A stretch of 64,000 nt of DNA from contig JBBTRK010000014.1 of the NCBI GenBank assembly GCA_038065235.1, positions 16,629 through 80,628 of the forward strand. The letters run 5' to 3'. The notes below the pieces were generated by a model. The model was given only the letters and a program-made list of their open reading frames with translations, was not told the origin of the DNA and searched no databases. This document shows, one piece after another, positions 1 through 9,179 of this stretch (position 1 is the stretch's first letter; each line of letters starts with the position of its first letter). The stretch is from Patescibacteria group bacterium. GTDB taxonomy: Bacteria; Patescibacteriota; Patescibacteriia; PEXW01. A program made the position numbers and the translations under genes.

Positions 1-632
1 ACATTGCTATCTGCAGTACGCTGCTTCTGCAGTTCCACAACCACGTCGTAGGTCGCCGGGATATTCGCGGTGATTTCATCGATCTTCAAGGAGTCCCGAA
101 CGATAGCCGCGACATCAAGCCCTTTCGGCCGACACGGTGGCAAGGCGTCGGTGAGAGATTTGAATTTTTCAAAGTCTTTCAGTTGGTCAGCAACACAAAT
201 GGGAAGTGCCTGCACGCGAGCGACCAGGCGCTCCTGCGCGGCAATTGGGAGCTGTCGCTTAACGTCCTGCAGCGGGATTATGAAGTTTGTCGTCGAAAGC
301 GACGTCCGACTATGCAGCAGATCGAATGCGACATCAAGCCCACGCTCCAGCTGCTGCTGGAGGAACGATGCCGACAGTGTCCCTTGTGCAATTGCCACCA
401 GGTCATTCGGCGTAAGCGGCGCTTTCTCTAGTACATTGTCAGTCACCATCTTCTCTGCAACTATTTCGGGCAATGCCTCAACGAGCAGCCGATCGTAGAC
501 CCGCGTTTCACGCAAGCCTGCTTTCCATGGCGCACTCGAAAGCAGTGACGTCCGAATCCCCCAGCCGAGGAGGACCACGACACCGACAATTGTACTAATC
601 AAAATGAGTAAAACTCCTAGAACTTTGCGCAT
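1..632 (-). CDS. Hypothetical membrane-anchored protein (partial, runs off the window start)
   Basis: Read manually: ATG at 632, MRKVLGVLLILISTIVGVVVLLGWGIRTSLLSSAPWKAGLRETRVYDRLLVEALPEI...; N-terminal TM helix; -10 TACACT 6 nt before the ATG. Confidence 0.7.
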   Translation of the reverse strand, partial: MRKVLGVLLILISTIVGVVVLLGWGIRTSLLSSAPWKAGLRETRVYDRLLVEALPEIVAEKMVTDNVLEKAPLTPNDLVAIAQGTLSASFLQQQLERGLDVAFDLLHSRTSLSTTNFIIPLQDVKRQLPIAAQERLVARVQALPICVADQLKDFEKFKSLTDALPPCRPKGLDVAAIVRDSLKIDEITANIPATYDVVVELQKQRTADSN

Positions 633-660
633 GGGTACAGTGTATCGCGCACGCGATGCC

Positions 661-689
661 TTGACTAGCTGCGGGTTTTTCGCTAGAGT
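661..689 (+). promoter_or_regulatory. sigma70-like promoter for the 730 gene
   Basis: TTGACT-N17-TAGAGT; AAGGA Shine-Dalgarno before ATG 730. Confidence 0.55.
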
Positions 690-729
690 GTACTGAAAAT
701 CCAAAAAATATAAAACATAAAGGACACAC

Positions 730-1452
730 ATGCTTCAACCCCTGCTCATTACCATTGCTTTCACTTGCACGACACCTGAACTCGCTGGTACGCAGTTAAA
801 CACAACACACGGATCTGCTGCAACCAGACAGCTCGAACAAATCTCCAGGTCAGATAGCACTGCCTGGACAACGCTTGGAACACTGTTTGCAAACCGCATA
901 TTCATGATGGAGTCTACGAATAAGCGTCAGGATGCAGATTCTGCGCTGTTCTACTTCCGCAAAGCTCAGGCAGTTTGCCCGAATAACCCCGTGATTGCCG
1001 CCTACATTGCCGTTGCCACTGGGCTCCGCGCAAAAGAAGATGGGTTCTGGCGAAAAATCACCGGGAAAACCGAAAACCAAGCACTTGGCGCATTCGCGCT
1101 CATGGATACGATCCGCCAGCAGAATCCGAAAAATCTGGCGGTGCAATTCCTAAGCGCATGCTTGTTCCGAGATGCACCAAAGCAGTTCGATTCTGCCCGG
1201 GCGTACCACCAAAAGAGTTACGATACGTTCCATGCCCTGCACAGTATTGCGCTCAGCGGTACGGTACGACAGTTCTTTACGCCTGACGTGCACGGACATA
1301 TCCTGCTGAGTCTTGCAAACCTCGTGGGGAAACTCGAGGCGAGCCAAGATGCAGACATGCTCTCGTGTCAGTACATTACCCAGCTCTTGGCGCACTTCCC
1401 AAACTCCCCCGCTGCCGAGTACGCGAGGGATAAAAAATTGCAGTGCGAGTGA
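730..1452 (+). CDS. Secreted helical/TPR-like hypothetical protein
   Basis: 240 aa; hydrophobic N-terminus; TPR-like segments (ALFYFRKAQAVCPNNP, LLAHFPNSPAA); has an SD and its own terminator. Confidence 0.6.
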   Translation: MLQPLLITIAFTCTTPELAGTQLNTTHGSAATRQLEQISRSDSTAWTTLGTLFANRIFMMESTNKRQDADSALFYFRKAQAVCPNNPVIAAYIAVATGLRAKEDGFWRKITGKTENQALGAFALMDTIRQQNPKNLAVQFLSACLFRDAPKQFDSARAYHQKSYDTFHALHSIALSGTVRQFFTPDVHGHILLSLANLVGKLEASQDADMLSCQYITQLLAHFPNSPAAEYARDKKLQCE

Positions 1453-1464
1453 ACACGAAACCTG

Positions 1465-1500
1465 TAGCGCTTACCGATTTACGGTGGGCGCTATTTTTTT
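1465..1500 (+). terminator. Intrinsic terminator
   Basis: TAGCGCTTACCG/CGGTGGGCGCTA stem followed by T7. Confidence 0.7.
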
Positions 1501-2987
1501 ACCCGAAACTTCTCGGTGACGTTGAAACCCAGGTACTTCCCCAGCATGAGCCGTGTGAGTGCTTCAGTGGCAGGGATGGCGCCAAAGCCTATCATGGTGA
1601 CCGGAAAAATTACCCACTGCAAGAACATGACCACCCAGTGCCACCGCGGTACGGCTGCCGGGCGCGGCGGAAGCAAGGTCATGCTTAATATTGCTGAGGC
1701 AACCAAACCAATCATGGAAACGGTCATCATGATGGAAAGAATGTGTGGGGTGTTCTGCGTGATTGCCGAAGTAAGGTGCTGGTGGTTTGCAACGGCAATC
1801 GGTAGCCGACCCAGGATGAAAATAAGGATTGGGGCGGTGCACCACGAGAATGATCCTTCGAGCTGGTTGAAGAGGTAGCGAAATTTCTTCAGGAAAGGAA
1901 TCGCCTTATTCCCCCAAAAGTGCCACACCATGAAGGGGAAATTCTCTATCCCATACGCCCAGCGCCGCTGCTGTGCGTACTGGTTCTTCAAACTCTGCCA
2001 AATTGACTGGCTCATCACCGTATCCATAGCCAGCGGGATGAAGAGCGGCACGACGCGGTAGTTACCGTCGTACTCCACGAAGCCTTGCACGAAGATGCGG
2101 CTATCCTCGGTGACGATGTCACTCTGCCAGAAGCCGACGTCCACTAATGCTTGGAACGGCATAGAGTGCGAGGAGAAGGTGAAGAGCCGTTCGGGCCGCA
2201 TCTGCTCGGTCATCAACCAGAAGGTGGTGGACATAGCCACCACGCGCATGAGGAACGGTGACTCCCACACGTTATTGCTGTACACCGCCAAAGGCTGGTA
2301 GCTTGCCCGGGTCGGGTTTGGCACGGTGAGGTAGTGGTACGTGAGGCAGGCCAGGTACTGCGGGTGCACGACCGTGTCCACGTCGAGACTGGAGACGACG
2401 ATTTTCTCATACGGAATTTTCAACTCGTCAATGAGGTCTTTCGCGAGTCGTCCTGCATATGCGGTGTTCGAACCTTTGCCCGCCACTTCACCAGCAACGT
2501 CCTGCGGGTGCTCGGTCACGAGGAAACGGAAGAACGATTTGCCGTACTTCGCCTCCATAGTGGCGGCAATGGTACGGAAGTGCTGCGCATCCTTGGCTTC
2601 GCCGCACAGCACGACGAAGAGCTTGTCAGTGGGGTACTGTACGTTGGTCAAACTCTCCAGGCTCTGGTTCACCACCGCTTCCGACTCTTTGTAGGTCGGC
2701 AGAAAAATGAGGTGAATGATATCGTCATAGCCTGGGAGCACCTTCACCATCCCTGACCAATCACGCTGACTCTCAAAACGGAATCGACGGTAGGACGTGA
2801 GCAAGAAAACGAGGAGGTAGCTTATACGAATGAGCCACAGCGCATCGAAAATAATAATGAAACTAATTACCCAAAGCGGCTTGGCAAATGAGAGTGCAAT
2901 GGCCAAGACAAACGCGAGCCAGACGAGTGCGCCGGGGATGATTTCCAGGGTTCGGTAGAGACGGTAGGCGGAACGTTTGGAGAGCAT
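1491..2987 (-). CDS. Membrane glycosyltransferase family 2
   Basis: LPTYKE, DVD (DxD), TED and QQRRW (QxxRW) processive GT2 motifs; N- and C-terminal TM helices. Confidence 0.85.
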   Translation of the reverse strand: MLSKRSAYRLYRTLEIIPGALVWLAFVLAIALSFAKPLWVISFIIIFDALWLIRISYLLVFLLTSYRRFRFESQRDWSGMVKVLPGYDDIIHLIFLPTYKESEAVVNQSLESLTNVQYPTDKLFVVLCGEAKDAQHFRTIAATMEAKYGKSFFRFLVTEHPQDVAGEVAGKGSNTAYAGRLAKDLIDELKIPYEKIVVSSLDVDTVVHPQYLACLTYHYLTVPNPTRASYQPLAVYSNNVWESPFLMRVVAMSTTFWLMTEQMRPERLFTFSSHSMPFQALVDVGFWQSDIVTEDSRIFVQGFVEYDGNYRVVPLFIPLAMDTVMSQSIWQSLKNQYAQQRRWAYGIENFPFMVWHFWGNKAIPFLKKFRYLFNQLEGSFSWCTAPILIFILGRLPIAVANHQHLTSAITQNTPHILSIMMTVSMIGLVASAILSMTLLPPRPAAVPRWHWVVMFLQWVIFPVTMIGFGAIPATEALTRLMLGKYLGFNVTEKFRVKK

Positions 2988-3052
2988 AAGGGAGCGGCAC
3001 TGTACCCTGGTGCCGAGTCAATCGTCAACTGCTCACAGGTGAACGTTGGGCT

Positions 3053-3469
3053 TTACTGGTACGTGAAGCCTTCAACCAAGGTCGAGCTCGGGGCGCTTGG
3101 AGCCTGCAGGGAAACATCGACCTTCTGCCCCTTCGTGCCAGCTGGGGTCGTGGCAGTCATTTCGGTCTTACTTATAATCTTCACATCCTTCGCTTCCATA
3201 GTACCGAATAGGAGCTTCGGTGTTCCGATGAAGTTCTCGCCGGTAATTTTCACCTCTGTTCCGCCTGCGGCTGGCCCCTTGCTCGGCGTGACGATCAAGA
3301 GCAAGCCTGGATTCGGCTGCGTAAGATTAGGGTTCGCACTGATGTTGGTGGCAGGGCTATTCGTGTTGGCATTTGAATTCTTATCCTTCATTAGCACATA
3401 CGCGGCAATGAACGCCACCCCCACAAGTGCAACACTGAGGACAAAGATTTTTACGCTTCGTGGTTGCAT
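3053..3469 (-). CDS. IPT/TIG domain membrane-anchored protein
   Basis: TM helix then VTPSKGPAAGGTEVKITGENF...FG...ATTP...FTY; start moved to ATG 3469 (TATCAT 6 nt upstream). Confidence 0.8.
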   Translation of the reverse strand: MQPRSVKIFVLSVALVGVAFIAAYVLMKDKNSNANTNSPATNISANPNLTQPNPGLLLIVTPSKGPAAGGTEVKITGENFIGTPKLLFGTMEAKDVKIISKTEMTATTPAGTKGQKVDVSLQAPSAPSSTLVEGFTYQ

Positions 3470-3484
3470 ACCTGCATGATACAC

Positions 3485-3811
3485 CTAGAAGTAATAGTCC
3501 ACCAAGTACTGCTGCAGTTTCTGGTCGAATGTGGCCTTTGCAGCTTCGGCGCGTTCGAGTTGCGCTTTGGTCAAATCTGTAGGGAAAGCGAAAGTGAAAA
3601 TGAGGTTCTTGTTCGGATCCTGGATATACCAAAGCTCGGCTTTCAGTTCATTCCCTGATCCAGCAGGAAGAATGTACCGCTTAGTCTCTGATTCCAGGGC
3701 TGCCCTAACTACGTCAACCGATGGTACTTCTTTCTGCGTCAAACCTGCCACCTCGGCGTAGAGGTTGTAAATTGCAGTCACAATATCCTGCCGAAGGTCG
3801 TAGAGAATCAT
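3485..3811 (-). CDS. Hypothetical protein
   Basis: 108 aa ORF; start overlaps the xseB stop. Confidence 0.6.
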   Translation of the reverse strand: MILYDLRQDIVTAIYNLYAEVAGLTQKEVPSVDVVRAALESETKRYILPAGSGNELKAELWYIQDPNKNLIFTFAFPTDLTKAQLERAEAAKATFDQKLQQYLVDYYF

Positions 3812-4029
3812 GCGCTAGCCTCCTCGGTGTGCTTGTACTTGGCTTTGATGGTTTCCACTTTCTGCTCTACCGTCTTCAACCGGTCCTTAAGCTGTTTTGC
3901 TAACGCCATGCCCCGCTCGAAGTCGGCCAGGCCTTGCTCCACATCGAATGCGCCAGACTCAAATTTCCGCGCGAGTGCTTCCAGCTCGGCGAAATCAGTG
4001 GCAAAACTTGACTTTGCTTTCTTGGGCAT
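3808..4029 (-). CDS. xseB: Exodeoxyribonuclease VII small subunit
   Basis: FATDFAELEALARKFESG...GLADFERGMALAK; directly after xseA; probable ATG at 4029. Confidence 0.9.
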   Translation of the reverse strand: MPKKAKSSFATDFAELEALARKFESGAFDVEQGLADFERGMALAKQLKDRLKTVEQKVETIKAKYKHTEEASA

Positions 4030-4033
4030 AGGA

Positions 4034-5191
4034 TTAGTCGACAGTGGAGTGAATGGTGCCACGCTTCAGCCGGGTTTGCAAGCGGCTCCCCTGCCCGACG
4101 TCGTGGGCATCACGGACGACCTTGCCTTCATGTAAGGTTAGGGAATACCCCCGGCCGAGCGTCGCAGTAGGAGAAAGTGACGATACGAGTTTCGCGGCAT
4201 TAGCCAACCCGACGCGTGAGTGCTCCAGGGCAAACGTGAATGACTGCAAGAGTTGCTGGCCGAGCAGTTGAATACGTTGCGCCGTCCCCTGCACCACATC
4301 GGCCAAGTCACGGGTGAGGTGGTGGAGCCGGTCGTAAAGCTCGCCGAGCACTTGGCGCCAACCGTCGTCCATCGTGTCACGGAGCCCAATCACGTCAGCT
4401 AGAATTTGCTCTTGATCGGGACTGACGATTTCGGCGGCATTACTCGGCGTCGCAGCACGAACGTCCGCGACGAGGTCAGCAATGGTCCAGTCTCGCTCGT
4501 GCCCAACACCGCAGACTATTGGCAAAGTACAGGAAAACATTGCGCGCGCGACGAGCTCGCTGTTAAAGGCCTGCAAATCTTCCAGGCTCCCACCCCCGCG
4601 CGTCAATATGACCACGTCGAGACTATACTTTCCACAGTGCTGCAGAGCTTGTACTATGCTGGCAATTGCGCCGGCACCTTGCACGCCTACGGGAAAAAAA
4701 ACGACCGTCGCAAACGGCCAACGATTCTTGAGGACGCGGAGAACATCTGTCCGTGCCGCTGCGTCTTTCGAGGTCACTAAACCAATGCGTTCTGGAAACA
4801 CTGGAATAGCGCGTTTGCGCTCTGGGGCGAACAACCCTTCGGCTTCCAATTTCTTCTTGGTTTTCTCCAATACCTGTTGCAATGCACCTTGGCCAACGAG
4901 TTCCACTTTCGAGACGCGCAAGTGCAATCCCCCGTTCTTCACGAAGACGGACGGGGTACCAGTAACGCGCACGGCCATGCCGTCTGCTAAGTCGCACTCG
5001 AGTTCGTGCGCTAGCATGAAGCAACGTAAGCGGCTGCCTGCATCTTTTATTTCAAAAAAGACCAACGTCTCGCGGCTCAAACCCCGAAAGTCCGCGACCT
5101 CGCCTTCAACCACAACTTCCCCCAACCGGCCCAAGTGGACTTTGAGGGTTTGAACGAATTCCGAAACGGAAAAGATCGGCTGGTCGGGCAT
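4034..5191 (-). CDS. xseA: Exodeoxyribonuclease VII large subunit
   Basis: FSVSE, VEGEV OB-fold, RGGGSLEDL, GVGHERD, AATPSNAAE, SPTATLGRGY. Confidence 0.96.
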   Translation of the reverse strand: MPDQPIFSVSEFVQTLKVHLGRLGEVVVEGEVADFRGLSRETLVFFEIKDAGSRLRCFMLAHELECDLADGMAVRVTGTPSVFVKNGGLHLRVSKVELVGQGALQQVLEKTKKKLEAEGLFAPERKRAIPVFPERIGLVTSKDAAARTDVLRVLKNRWPFATVVFFPVGVQGAGAIASIVQALQHCGKYSLDVVILTRGGGSLEDLQAFNSELVARAMFSCTLPIVCGVGHERDWTIADLVADVRAATPSNAAEIVSPDQEQILADVIGLRDTMDDGWRQVLGELYDRLHHLTRDLADVVQGTAQRIQLLGQQLLQSFTFALEHSRVGLANAAKLVSSLSPTATLGRGYSLTLHEGKVVRDAHDVGQGSRLQTRLKRGTIHSTVD

Positions 5192-5197
5192 AATTTT

Positions 5198-6160
5198 CTA
5201 TTGTATCTTCAAAAAGTGACTATCAATCCAGTCTAAATACCGGGCAGCGATGTCGGGTTTTTTCAGCATGTACTGGTATGCAACGAGAATGAGTGCTGCT
5301 TCAATTAAATATGCGTATACAGTCTTATCATCAGGCATGGAATAGTACGGCGTTGCAGCTTTCAAAAAAGCTTGACCTAGCGCTTCGCCACCAAGCGCAA
5401 AAACATCAGCGGCTGGCCGAGTAATATTCACCAACGGATCCACTGCAAGCCAGTGTTCTTTAAATTGATAAATGTCCAAGAATTCAATACTGTCGTCAAA
5501 AATGAGGATATTTCCAGCGTGATTATCAATAGCAACCTGCATTTTGGCAGAATCGTACGCACGTACGTACGGATCATCGGCAATTTTCTCTAACGCCTGA
5601 AGAACATTTTGAACGTACATTACTGGCAGCTGCTCCGGGACCATTGCGCACCATTCTCGTAAATCCTGCAATCGGAGCAAGTAGAGCTCCCGCCATGGCC
5701 TCTTAAACGTTGGGATTGTTGCTGCCTTCAACAAAGTTAAGTTGTGTAAACGCGTCATCATTGTATCTGCAACCTTACCCACTATCACTGCATTAGCCTT
5801 GCCTTGTAACAAGGTATGGTGCAGATTCTTTTCTACATCAACTTTCGCCATGACAATAGAAAAATCTTCTGCTTCGGCCATGGGGCATACTTGCCAAACC
5901 CCATCTACTTGCTTGGCGCCTTCGAGATGAAGATATATCTCGGGACACATCAAATTGTTCCATACAAAATCTTCTTGCACGAATTTCCTACGAAAAACTG
6001 GATCATCTAGCCTCCCTACAAAGCCATTGTCATATCGGTATACTTTGCGGGCAAACGTTTTATACAAAAAAACTTTCGAAATGACCGAATCCACGGTTTT
6101 CACGCACGAATCATCTATGCCAACAACACTATTTTTTTCTAGAGCCTCAAAATACGTCAT
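5198..6160 (-). CDS. Aminoglycoside-phosphotransferase/kinase-fold protein (COG2187-like)
   Basis: SKVFL...ARKVY, RRKFVQEDFVWNNLMCPEIYL, DNHAGNI...FLD kinase-like motifs; visibly AT-richer than flanks. Confidence 0.6.
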   Translation of the reverse strand: MTYFEALEKNSVVGIDDSCVKTVDSVISKVFLYKTFARKVYRYDNGFVGRLDDPVFRRKFVQEDFVWNNLMCPEIYLHLEGAKQVDGVWQVCPMAEAEDFSIVMAKVDVEKNLHHTLLQGKANAVIVGKVADTMMTRLHNLTLLKAATIPTFKRPWRELYLLRLQDLREWCAMVPEQLPVMYVQNVLQALEKIADDPYVRAYDSAKMQVAIDNHAGNILIFDDSIEFLDIYQFKEHWLAVDPLVNITRPAADVFALGGEALGQAFLKAATPYYSMPDDKTVYAYLIEAALILVAYQYMLKKPDIAARYLDWIDSHFLKIQ

Positions 6161-6954
6161 TTGCCTATTAAAAGTGTACGGGTTCGACGGTCAAATCCTA
6201 CCTGTTTTTGTTCACCCCGAAAATAAATCTGCAATTCAACTTGGTCTTGATTGTTTTCTTCAGAAGCAAGGACTTCAATTTCTATTAGTTCACCATGTTT
6301 AAGTGGTTCCTCGCCACGTTCAGATAAATTAAATACTTTCTCACTAAGCTGCCCAAGGAGTTCAAAGTGTGACACACCAATAATATGGGGCTTTTGTAAC
6401 TCTTTATGTTTATGCACAACGTTAAAAGCGCGTATTGTATACTCCAAATTCTTAAAAAAACGCTTCTCTACCTCACTTCTAGGCTCATAGATCGTTGCAT
6501 CTTCAAAGCGTTGATCATGCAAGTAAGCACGATCCACACCGCGTACGGGAGCTTCTTCTTTATGCGTATTCTTGTTTTCTGCGAGCATTTCTTCAAATAT
6601 TTCTTTGGCTCGCTCACGATCGCGCAATTGCATCGCGGTCATACTGGGTTGAATCTTCACTTCTTTAGAATAACCAATCTTCTCTTTAATAATGTCTGCA
6701 GAACCACGTGCTCGCGCTTTATCGGAGCTTACTATTATTGGCTCCTCTTCGTGCCGTAAACCTCGTGCTATTTGCTCAGCACTCTTTTCTATTGTCGCTT
6801 TCCCTTCAACGGTGAGGTCTGGATATTCATCCGTATACTCGGTTTGTCCGTGCCGAAGCAAGGTAATGCGTCCTAACTCAACCAAATGCTCTTGCTCTTT
6901 TGATTCAGCATCCGGCAATTGTCCTGAGCTATGTGGATCACCTTCTCTATACAT
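6157..6954 (-). CDS. Histidine phosphatase (phosphoglycerate mutase-like) family protein
   Basis: LLRHGQT, SSDKARARGSA, VSH motifs. Confidence 0.85.
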   Translation of the reverse strand: MYREGDPHSSGQLPDAESKEQEHLVELGRITLLRHGQTEYTDEYPDLTVEGKATIEKSAEQIARGLRHEEEPIIVSSDKARARGSADIIKEKIGYSKEVKIQPSMTAMQLRDRERAKEIFEEMLAENKNTHKEEAPVRGVDRAYLHDQRFEDATIYEPRSEVEKRFFKNLEYTIRAFNVVHKHKELQKPHIIGVSHFELLGQLSEKVFNLSERGEEPLKHGELIEIEVLASEENNQDQVELQIYFRGEQKQVGFDRRTRTLLIGK

Positions 6955-6967
6955 ATACTTTTGCTCG

Positions 6968-7885
6968 TTACCTTCCCCCCGCCATCAACCACGCCCCTAA
7001 GGCCGGGCGCAGCTTGGGTTTTACAAACTGCACTTTCGGTGCAACCTGTTTCACCGCCACTCGGAAGTACGTTGGCAAAATAATTGGACACTTAAAAATC
7101 CCACCAACGGTAACGAGGGGGAAGACCTTTCGCTGCAATCCACTCTTTTTAATAACCGTGATGGCGAGTAAAGCCAGCTCAATAGCTGCATGAACGAGAA
7201 TATTTTTCGCAACGTGGTCCCCTCTCTCCGCGGCGAATTGCACGTAGGGTGCGAGCGCGGCAATCTGTGGTTTCCCAAATGTTGGTTCGTATACAATACG
7301 CACCAGTGCATCAACGTTACGAATTTTGAAGTGCTTGAGGACGTACGCGGTAAGTAATGTTTTTGGTCCACGACCATCTGCCGCTTTGGTCACGGCGTGA
7401 AGTGCTGCGCTGCCCTGTGCAAACCCCGAGCCTTCATCAGCTAACCGATGTCCGCGTCCGCCAGCCCGCGCAACGCCCTTTGGTCCATGAGCGTACGCAT
7501 TAGAACCAGTACCAGAAATAATCACTGCTGCCTGTTTAGAATCCGTTCCCGAACGCAGGGCAATGACAATGTCATTCACGAGCTTCCAGCCTGGGGCAAA
7601 AATGCCACGAAGTTCTTTGGTGAGCGCGCGGTGCATAATGGAAACATCTTTTGGCGTATCCATCCCGGCCAAACCAATAACTGCCTTATACGGTCGCTTC
7701 CGACCAAGTTGCTTTTCAGCTGCGAGGGCAGCTGCTCTCACATTATTCGCCGCAGATGCTATACCAACTGCATGCGGGTTTGATGGACCGGCCTTTCCCC
7801 AGGCAACGCGTTTCCCAATGCCAAGGAGTGCTTCGGTTTTCGTCCCGCCGCCGTCAATGCCGAGGAACCATTGCTGCTGTTGCAT
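6968..7885 (-). CDS. BadF/BadG/BcrA/BcrD family sugar kinase (GlcNAc/MurNAc kinase-like)
   Basis: LGIDGGGTKT, GLAG, VND, ISGTGS, GGRGHRLADEGSG, VGG motifs. Confidence 0.88.
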   Translation of the reverse strand: MQQQQWFLGIDGGGTKTEALLGIGKRVAWGKAGPSNPHAVGIASAANNVRAAALAAEKQLGRKRPYKAVIGLAGMDTPKDVSIMHRALTKELRGIFAPGWKLVNDIVIALRSGTDSKQAAVIISGTGSNAYAHGPKGVARAGGRGHRLADEGSGFAQGSAALHAVTKAADGRGPKTLLTAYVLKHFKIRNVDALVRIVYEPTFGKPQIAALAPYVQFAAERGDHVAKNILVHAAIELALLAITVIKKSGLQRKVFPLVTVGGIFKCPIILPTYFRVAVKQVAPKVQFVKPKLRPALGAWLMAGGR

Positions 7886-7915
7886 ACCAGTAGTGTAGCA
7901 CCTGTGGAATTGATC

Positions 7916-7951
7916 AAAAAAAGACGGACGTACCTTGGTAGATACGTCCGT
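7916..7951 (-). terminator. Intrinsic terminator of the putative ncRNA
   Basis: ACGGACGTA/TACGTCCGT stem (7924-7932/7943-7951) followed on the minus strand by T7. Confidence 0.8.
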
Positions 7952-8289
7952 TGTTGAAATCGGCAGGTCGATACATCAGCCAGTAAAGGCTTGAAGAGTG
8001 GGCAGGCAAACCAGTCTGCTAGAGCGGCATAGATACAAGATCGATGAGCGTTAGGCTGGTTCAGTTACGAACGAGCAAGCTTCGATCGGGTGCACGGAGT
8101 TAGTACTCTCTACGTGCGTTCAGTGGTGCTCTAGGAACATTGCTTCACCGAAGTGAAGGATGCGGGATTGCTGTAGCAGCTACGATGTACCTGTTAACAG
8201 GTGTGTGGCCAAATTAATGGTCAATTGCTGCGCCCTTCATGTTGAGGACTCTACCGAGTTTTCAAAGCACTGAGCCATGTTTCTTTCGG
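7916..8289 (-). ncRNA. Putative novel large structured non-coding RNA (~370 nt)
   Basis: Promoter and terminator bracket a region with no ORF of 60 aa or more; boxA-like TGCTTTGAAAAC; closing helix 8251-8265 with 7954-7966; C(UUCG)G and G(CUUG)C hairpins on the minus strand. Confidence 0.6.
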
Positions 8290-8295
8290 AAGACA

Positions 8296-8324
8296 ATCAT
8301 ACTCGATGCTTCAGACGTGGTCAA
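8296..8324 (-). promoter_or_regulatory. sigma70 promoter of the putative ncRNA
   Basis: Minus strand TTGACC-N17-TATGAT. Confidence 0.75.
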
Positions 8325-8477
8325 GGCACAATATCCACATTTCTAGCATTTTTGTACCTGGTAGAATTTTAAAAAGCTTATTTCTTGGCTAACGGTAGCG
8401 GTATAAGTTATCCACACCCCTAAACACGTTGTTTCTTCTGTCACCGTAAAAATGGCGAATATTTAAGTAAATAAACC

Positions 8478-8506
8478 TTGAACTTCGGCTTTCCTTCGGG
8501 TATACT
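8478..8506 (+). promoter_or_regulatory. lexA promoter with putative LexA operator CTTCGG-N5-CTTCGG (8483-8499)
   Basis: TTGAAC-N17-TATACT; the direct repeat fills the spacer and recurs before the next gene. Confidence 0.75.
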
Positions 8507-8517
8507 CCCCTGCACCT

Positions 8518-9138
8518 ATGGCTCCCATCCTCCACAAGCAGAAACGCGCCATCCTGGAATACCTTCAGAAGTCCATACAGGACAACGGTTACGCCCCTAC
8601 GCTCACGGAAATTGCCAAAGCGTTTAACCTCTCCTCCCTTGCTACAGTGCACGAGCACCTGGCGTTCTTAGAGGAAGCTGGTTTCATAAAACGCGACCGA
8701 AATAACGCGCGAGGCATTACCCTATCTGAACCCGAGCAGGATGAGGAAGCAAGCGCCACCTCCATGCTCTTGCCGTTAGTTGGCACAATTGCTGCTGGCT
8801 CCCCTATCGAAGCATTTGAAGACAAGCAGGATATGGTTGCCGTGCCGCGCGAGCTGGTCGGCCGTAAGAATGCGTACATCCTCAAAGTTCGTGGTGACTC
8901 GATGATCGAAAGCCTCGTCGCCGATGGCGACCTAGTAGTGGTGGAGAAGAGCCAACTCGCTCATGATGGTGATATGGTTGTGGCTATGCTGGAAGATGGC
9001 ACGGCGACGCTGAAAAAATTCTTCCGCAAGAAGAACTTCGTCCGACTGCAACCCGCGAACGTCAACTACAAACCCATAGACGTGAAGAACGTGACCATCC
9101 AAGGAAAAGTCATAGGCGTCATTCGGAAATTTTCCTAA
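8518..9138 (+). CDS. lexA: SOS repressor LexA
   Basis: wHTH (GYAPTLTEIA...TVHEHL), Ala-Gly cleavage site IAAG, catalytic Ser (GDSM) and Lys (TLKK). Confidence 0.97.
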   Translation: MAPILHKQKRAILEYLQKSIQDNGYAPTLTEIAKAFNLSSLATVHEHLAFLEEAGFIKRDRNNARGITLSEPEQDEEASATSMLLPLVGTIAAGSPIEAFEDKQDMVAVPRELVGRKNAYILKVRGDSMIESLVADGDLVVVEKSQLAHDGDMVVAMLEDGTATLKKFFRKKNFVRLQPANVNYKPIDVKNVTIQGKVIGVIRKFS

Positions 9139-9158
9139 GCTATTTTTTTACTTTACAG

Positions 9159-9175
9159 CTTCGGTTTTTCTTCGG
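9159..9175 (+). promoter_or_regulatory. Second putative LexA operator
   Basis: CTTCGG-TTTTT-CTTCGG between TTTACA and CACAAT promoter-like hexamers. Confidence 0.7.
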
Positions 9176-9179
9176 CACA

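Noticed and set aside
7916-8289. Identifying the structured RNA as tmRNA, RNase P, SRP, 6S or 5S
   Set aside because: No tRNA-like GGGG...CCA ends or tag ORF, no GAGGAAAGUCC motif, no SRP helix-8 motif on either strand; size and branching do not fit 5S or 6S. An Rfam scan is still needed.
8330-8475. Replication origin
   Set aside because: Only one perfect and one near DnaA box; no dnaA or dnaN nearby; skew cannot be judged from this window
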